Assembly (NCBI GenBank): GCA_963836205.1
Contig: CAWIIV010000006.1
Span: 480,001-544,000 of the forward strand
From: an uncultured Acidimicrobiia bacterium
GTDB lineage: Bacteria > Actinomycetota > Acidimicrobiia > Acidimicrobiales > AC-14
Reading direction: 5' to 3'
DNA: 64,000 nt
The notes under the pieces: model-generated
The model's database searches: none
Told to the model about the DNA's origin: nothing
Seen by the model: the letters and a program-made list of their open reading frames with translations, nothing else
Made by a program: the position numbers and the translations under genes
In this document: positions 59,304 to 64,000 of the stretch, in pieces
How the letters are laid out: every line of letters begins with the position of its first letter
Numbering within the stretch: position 1 is the stretch's first letter

Positions 59304-60670
59304 CCCGTACCGCGGTCGTCTGGTTCCGGCGCGACCTCCGCCTGGCCGACCACCCCGCCCTCCTGGCCGCCCTCGACGCGGCCGACGAGGTGGTGGCCCT
59401 GTTCGTCAAGGACCCGCACCTGCAACGGTCGTCGGGGGCGCCCCGGCTGGCGTTCCTCGCCGGCTGCCTGGCCGAGCTCCACGAGCGCACCGGTGGCCAC
59501 CTCGTCCTCCGCACCGGCGACCCGGCCAAGGAGGTGGCGGCGGTGGCCCGGGAGGTCGAGGCCGACCACGTCTTCGTCACCGCCGACTTCGGCCCCTATG
59601 GCACCCGCCGGGACGAGGCCGTCGACAAGGCCCTCGGCGGCAGCCTGGTCGCGGTCGACTCGCCCTACGCGGTCGCCCCGGGCGACGTCACCACCGCCAC
59701 CGGCGAGCCGTTCAAGGTGTTCACCCCCTTCCACCGCCGGTGGAAGGAGCACGGCTGGGGCCTGCCGGCCGACGAGCCCGCCGACCCGAGGTGGGTCACC
59801 GGCCTTCGCTCCGAGCCCGTCCCCCAGGGTCCCGACCTGGGCGGCACCACCATCCTCCCGCCGGGCGAGGCCGCCGGCCGGGCCCGCCTGGCCGACTTCG
59901 CCGAGCGGGTGCCCCGCTACGCCAAGGGCCGTGACTTCCCCGCCGAGGACGCCACCAGCCGGCTGAGCGCCTACCTCAAGTACGGCTGCGTCCACCCCCG
60001 CCAGGCCCTCGACGCGGTGAGGCATCGCAAGGGCGAGGGGGCGGAGCGGTTCCGGGCCGAGCTCGCCTGGCGGGACTTCTACGCCTCGATCCTGGCCGCC
60101 TTCCCGTGGTCGGCGCGCCACGCCTTCCGCCCCGAGATGGCGGCCATGAAGCTCGACACCGGCCCCGACGCCGACCGTCGCTTCGAGGCGTGGGCCGCGG
60201 GCCGCACCGGCTACCCGATCGTCGATGCCGGGATGCGCCAGCTGGCCGAGGAGGCATGGATGCACAACCGGGTGCGGATGATCGTGGCCAGCTTCCTGGT
60301 GAAGGACCTGCACATCGACTGGGTGCGGGGCGCCGACCTGTTCCTCGACCGCCTCCAGGACGGCGACCTGGCCTCGAACAACCACGGCTGGCAGTGGGTG
60401 GCCGGCACCGGCACCGACCCGGCTCCTTTCTTCCGCATCTTCAACCCCACCACCCAGGGCAAGAAGTTCGACCCCGAGGGCGACTACGTCCGGCGGTGGG
60501 TGCCCGAGCTGCGCCACGTGGTGGGCGGCACCGTCCACGAGCCGTGGAAGCTCAAGGGGGGACCGCCGCGGGGCTACCCGCAGCCGATCGTCGACCACGA
60601 CGAGGAGCGCAAGGAGGCGCTCGCCCGCTACGACCGGATTCGGGAGCACACAACGGAGCGACGGCGGTGA
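59300..60670 (+). CDS. phrB: Deoxyribodipyrimidine photolyase
   Basis: VWFRRDLRLADHPAL, TSRLSAYL, GRTGYPIVDAGMR, WMHNRVRM, FRIFNP; start uncertain (CTG). Confidence 0.9.
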   Translation: MTRTAVVWFRRDLRLADHPALLAALDAADEVVALFVKDPHLQRSSGAPRLAFLAGCLAELHERTGGHLVLRTGDPAKEVAAVAREVEADHVFVTADFGPYGTRRDEAVDKALGGSLVAVDSPYAVAPGDVTTATGEPFKVFTPFHRRWKEHGWGLPADEPADPRWVTGLRSEPVPQGPDLGGTTILPPGEAAGRARLADFAERVPRYAKGRDFPAEDATSRLSAYLKYGCVHPRQALDAVRHRKGEGAERFRAELAWRDFYASILAAFPWSARHAFRPEMAAMKLDTGPDADRRFEAWAAGRTGYPIVDAGMRQLAEEAWMHNRVRMIVASFLVKDLHIDWVRGADLFLDRLQDGDLASNNHGWQWVAGTGTDPAPFFRIFNPTTQGKKFDPEGDYVRRWVPELRHVVGGTVHEPWKLKGGPPRGYPQPIVDHDEERKEALARYDRIREHTTERRR

Positions 60671-61812
60671 GCGACGGCGCGACGATCGACGACATGACCG
60701 ACACCCTCACGACCGATGCCGACCGCTGGGCCACGGTGGTGGCCCGGGACGACGCCGACTTCTACTACTCGGTGCGGACGACCGGCGTGTACTGCCGGCC
60801 GTCGTGCGCCGCCCGCCGCCCCCGCCGGGAGAACGTCGCCTTCCATACCACGCCCGCGGCGGCGGAGGAGGCCGGGTTCCGCCCCTGCCGCCGGTGCCGG
60901 CCGGACGAGGCCCCCGGCGCGGCCGCCGAGCGCCGGGCGGGGGCCGTCGCCGCCGCCTGCCGGGCCATCGAGGCCACAGCCACCGGGCAGGACGGCCCGC
61001 CGCCATCCGTCGACGATCTCGCCGCCACCGCCGGCATGAGCCGGTCGTACTTCCACCGGGCGTTCAAGGCGGTCACCGGGCTGACCCCGAAGGCGTACGC
61101 CGTCGAGGTCCGCAACCGGCGGGTTCGTGAGGCGCTCGCCTCGGGCGGCACCGGCGGCACCGTCACCGAGGCCATCTACGACGCCGGGTTCAACTCCAAC
61201 GGCCGCTTCTACGCCACCTCGACCGCCGCCCTGGGCATGACGCCGACCGCCTACCGGGCCGGCGGCACGGGGCTCGCCATCCGCTTCGGCGTGGGCGAGT
61301 GCTCGCTGGGCTCGGTCCTGGTGGCGGCCACCGACACGGGCGTGTGTGCCATCTTCCTGGGCGACGACCCCGACGCCCTCGTCCACGACCTCGAGGACCG
61401 CTTCCCGGGGGCGACCCTCACGGGCGCCGACGCCGACTTCGAGCGGTGGATGTCGGCCGTGGTCGCCCTCGTCGACGACCCCCGCACCGGCCTCGACCTG
61501 CCCCTCGACGTGCGGGGCACCGCCTTCCAGCAGCGGGTGTGGCAGGCGCTGCGGGCCATTCCCGCCGGTCGCACCGCCTCCTACTCCGAGATCGCGGCCA
61601 CGATCGGCGCGCCCACGGCGGTCCGGGCAGTGGCGGCGGCGTGCGCGGCCAACAAGATCGCGGTGGCCATTCCGTGCCACCGGGTCGTCCGCACCGACGG
61701 CTCCCTGTCCGGCTACCGGTGGGGCGTCGACCGCAAGCGCCTGCTCCGGGAGCGCGAAGCCGCCGCCCAAAGCCGGCCACCCGCCAGGGGTTCGGCACGT
61801 AGCCTCTCCGAG
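60667..61812 (+). CDS. ada: Bifunctional Ada regulator / O6-methylguanine methyltransferase (no stop; in frame with next domain)
   Basis: TTGVYCRPSC, FRPCRRC, AraC HTH, GTAFQQRVW, IPCHRV. Confidence 0.9.
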
Positions 61813-62922
61813 ATGGACGACGCGACGCTCGCCGCCCGGACCGAACGGGTCCGGGCCCGGATGGGGGAGCTCGAGGTCGACGTCCTCCTGCTCTCGCTCG
61901 GCGCCGACCTCCCGTGGCTCACCGGGTATCAGGCGATGCCCCTCGAGCGGCTCACCATGCTCGTCCTCCCGTTCGACGGCGAGGCCGTGCTCGTGGTCCC
62001 CCGCCTGGAGGCGCCGCGGGTCGAGCGCCACCCCGACCGGTTCGGGGTCCTGGCGTGGGAGGAGTCGGAGGACCCCATCGGTTTCGTGACCGAGCTCGCC
62101 GGCCGCCGGCCCCGGCAGCGGATCGCCATCTCCGACCGCACATGGGCCACCTTCGTCCTCCGCCTCCAGGACGCCATGCCCGACTGCTGGTGGCTCCCGT
62201 CGTCTGTCGTCACCTCGCCCCTGCGGGCGGTGAAGGACCCGTCCGAGGTCGACGCCCTCCGCCGGGCGGCGGCGGCGGCCGACCGGGTGGCGGCCCAGCT
62301 CATCGGGGGCGACATCCCGCTCGTGGGCCGCACCGAAGCCGACGTGTCTCGCGACATCGGGGAGCGCCTGGTGGCCGAGGGTCACCAGCGGGTCAACTTC
62401 GCCATCGTCGGCAGCGGCCCCAACTCGGCCAGCCCTCACCACGAGCCGGGACCCCGGGTCATCGGGCGGGACGAAGCGGTGGTCTGCGACTTCGGGGGCA
62501 CGCTCGACGGCTACTGCTCCGACATCACCCGCACCGTGTTCACCGGTCGCCCGCCCATCGAGTTCCGCACCCTCTACAACGTGCTGGAGGAGGCCCAGGC
62601 CATGGCGGTGGAGGCGGCCACCGTCGGCACCCGCTGCCAGGACGTCGACCTCGTGGCCCGGGCCCACATCCACGACGCCGGCTTCGGGGCCTACATCGTC
62701 CACCGCACCGGCCACGGCATCGGCCTGGAGGAGCACGAGGACCCCTACATCGCCGGTGGCAACGCCCTGCCCCTCGTCCACGGCCACGCCTTCTCCATCG
62801 AGCCCGGCATCTACGTCCCGGGACGCTTCGGTGCCCGCATCGAGGACATCGTGGTCGCCACCGACGACGGCCCCGAGCCCCTCAACCGGGTGGCCCACGG
62901 GTTGGCCCTGGTCGAGGCCTGA
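61813..62922 (+). CDS. M24 Xaa-Pro peptidase
   Basis: RAVKDPSE, PHH, DFGG..YCSDITRT, HRTGHGIG, EPGIY, RIED. Confidence 0.9.
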   Translation: MDDATLAARTERVRARMGELEVDVLLLSLGADLPWLTGYQAMPLERLTMLVLPFDGEAVLVVPRLEAPRVERHPDRFGVLAWEESEDPIGFVTELAGRRPRQRIAISDRTWATFVLRLQDAMPDCWWLPSSVVTSPLRAVKDPSEVDALRRAAAAADRVAAQLIGGDIPLVGRTEADVSRDIGERLVAEGHQRVNFAIVGSGPNSASPHHEPGPRVIGRDEAVVCDFGGTLDGYCSDITRTVFTGRPPIEFRTLYNVLEEAQAMAVEAATVGTRCQDVDLVARAHIHDAGFGAYIVHRTGHGIGLEEHEDPYIAGGNALPLVHGHAFSIEPGIYVPGRFGARIEDIVVATDDGPEPLNRVAHGLALVEA

Positions 62923-62928
62923 GGCGCC

Positions 62929-63654
62929 ATGGACCTCGGCCTCCACGGCAAGGTCGCCCTCGTCACCGCCTCTTCCAGGGGACTGGGTCGGGCGTCGGCC
63001 CAGGCCCTGGCCGAGGAGGGGGCCAGGCTGGTGATCTGCGCCCGGGGCGAGGAGGCGTTGGAGAAGGCCCGGGCCGAGCTGGCCGCCATCACCGAGGTGG
63101 TCGGCGTGGTGGCCGACGTCACCCGCCCCGACGTGCCCAGGAAGCTGGTCGACACGGCCGTCGACCGCTTCGGTGGCCTCGACGTGTTAGTCGCCAACGC
63201 CGGTGGCCCTCCCCCCATGCGGGCGCTCGACGTCGACGATGCCGCCCTCACCGCCGCGCTCAACGCCAACCTGCTCACGTCGATCCGCCTGGTGCAGGCC
63301 GCCGTGCCGCCGATGCGCACCGCCGGGTGGGGACGGATCGTGCTCATCGCCTCCACGTCGGTGAAGCAGCCGTTGCCCAACCTGGCCCTGTCGAACGCGG
63401 CCCGGGCCGGTCTGTGGGGCTGGGCCAAGACGGCGGCCCAGGATCTCTTCGGCGACGGGATCACGCTCAACCTGGCCCTCCCCGGCTACCACGCCACCCG
63501 TCGGATGCTCACCGTGGGTGCGCCCGACGGAGTCCCCCTGGGGGACCCGGGCGACTTCGGGAAGGTGGTCGCCTTCCTCTGCTCCGATCCGGCCCGCTTC
63601 GTCAGTGGTTCGGCGGTGGCGGTCGACGGGGCGAGGATTCTCGGCCTCAGCTGA
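62929..63654 (+). CDS. SDR family oxidoreductase
   Basis: TASSRGLG, VANAGGP, LSNAAR, VDG. Confidence 0.9.
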   Translation: MDLGLHGKVALVTASSRGLGRASAQALAEEGARLVICARGEEALEKARAELAAITEVVGVVADVTRPDVPRKLVDTAVDRFGGLDVLVANAGGPPPMRALDVDDAALTAALNANLLTSIRLVQAAVPPMRTAGWGRIVLIASTSVKQPLPNLALSNAARAGLWGWAKTAAQDLFGDGITLNLALPGYHATRRMLTVGAPDGVPLGDPGDFGKVVAFLCSDPARFVSGSAVAVDGARILGLS

Positions 63655-63687
63655 GGCCGGACGGCAAGGCGGGGTCAGCGCCGGGTG

Positions 63688-63951
63688 CTACCGCTCGTCG
63701 GGGGAGCTCGGGTGCTGGTGGCGGCGGTTGGCGGGACGGTTGCGGCGGGCGGGCTCGTCCTGCAGGTCCTGGATGGCGTCCATGGCCCGGGTCCACTCGG
63801 CGGGCACGCCGTCGAGCTTGCGGAGGGAGTAGCGGAACTTCCAGATACCGGCGGTGCGCTTCAACCGCTCGCCGGCCAGGCGGGCGATGAGCAGAGCCAC
63901 GCCGAGCGCCAGACACACGTACGCCGCCACTTCCAAGATCGTGTCAGTCAT
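63688..63951 (-). CDS. Hypothetical small membrane protein
   Basis: 87 aa ORF with N-terminal hydrophobic helix; lower GC. Confidence 0.45.
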   Translation of the reverse strand: MTDTILEVAAYVCLALGVALLIARLAGERLKRTAGIWKFRYSLRKLDGVPAEWTRAMDAIQDLQDEPARRNRPANRRHQHPSSPDER

Positions 63952-64000
63952 GGTCTCGTCTCCCGGTCATCCTTTTCCTACATCTCTTTTCGGCATCGGG

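Overview
High-GC (~70%+ by eye) actinobacterial chromosome segment; gene content suggests Acidimicrobiia (inference). It is mostly housekeeping: two GT-C-type membrane proteins, two L,D-transpeptidases, ftsH, two separate SUF Fe-S clusters, hsp20, aceE, lpdA-E2-lipB/lipA fusion, thiamine genes (thiS-thiE; TPP riboswitch-thiG-thiH), oxoprolinase/hydantoinase AB, vapBC, photolyase and ada. The most unusual items: (1) a redoxin whose UGA 'stop' is followed by a GGUC-loop hairpin resembling a bacterial SECIS, so a probable selenoprotein; (2) a lower-GC TIR-transmembrane-cyclophilin fusion; (3) a highly structured ~215-nt intergenic RNA-like element with a perfect SD and a 14-codon ORF; (4) an 83-bp x3.6 palindromic array directly upstream of an AbiEi/DUF559-type gene; (5) a tandemly duplicated lipoprotein + secreted-protein cassette with conserved ends and divergent middles, with an IS256 in the junction; (6) an RNase HI-SLOG fusion. 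Several single-base frameshifts may be assembly errors. All family assignments come from motif recognition by eye, not database searches.
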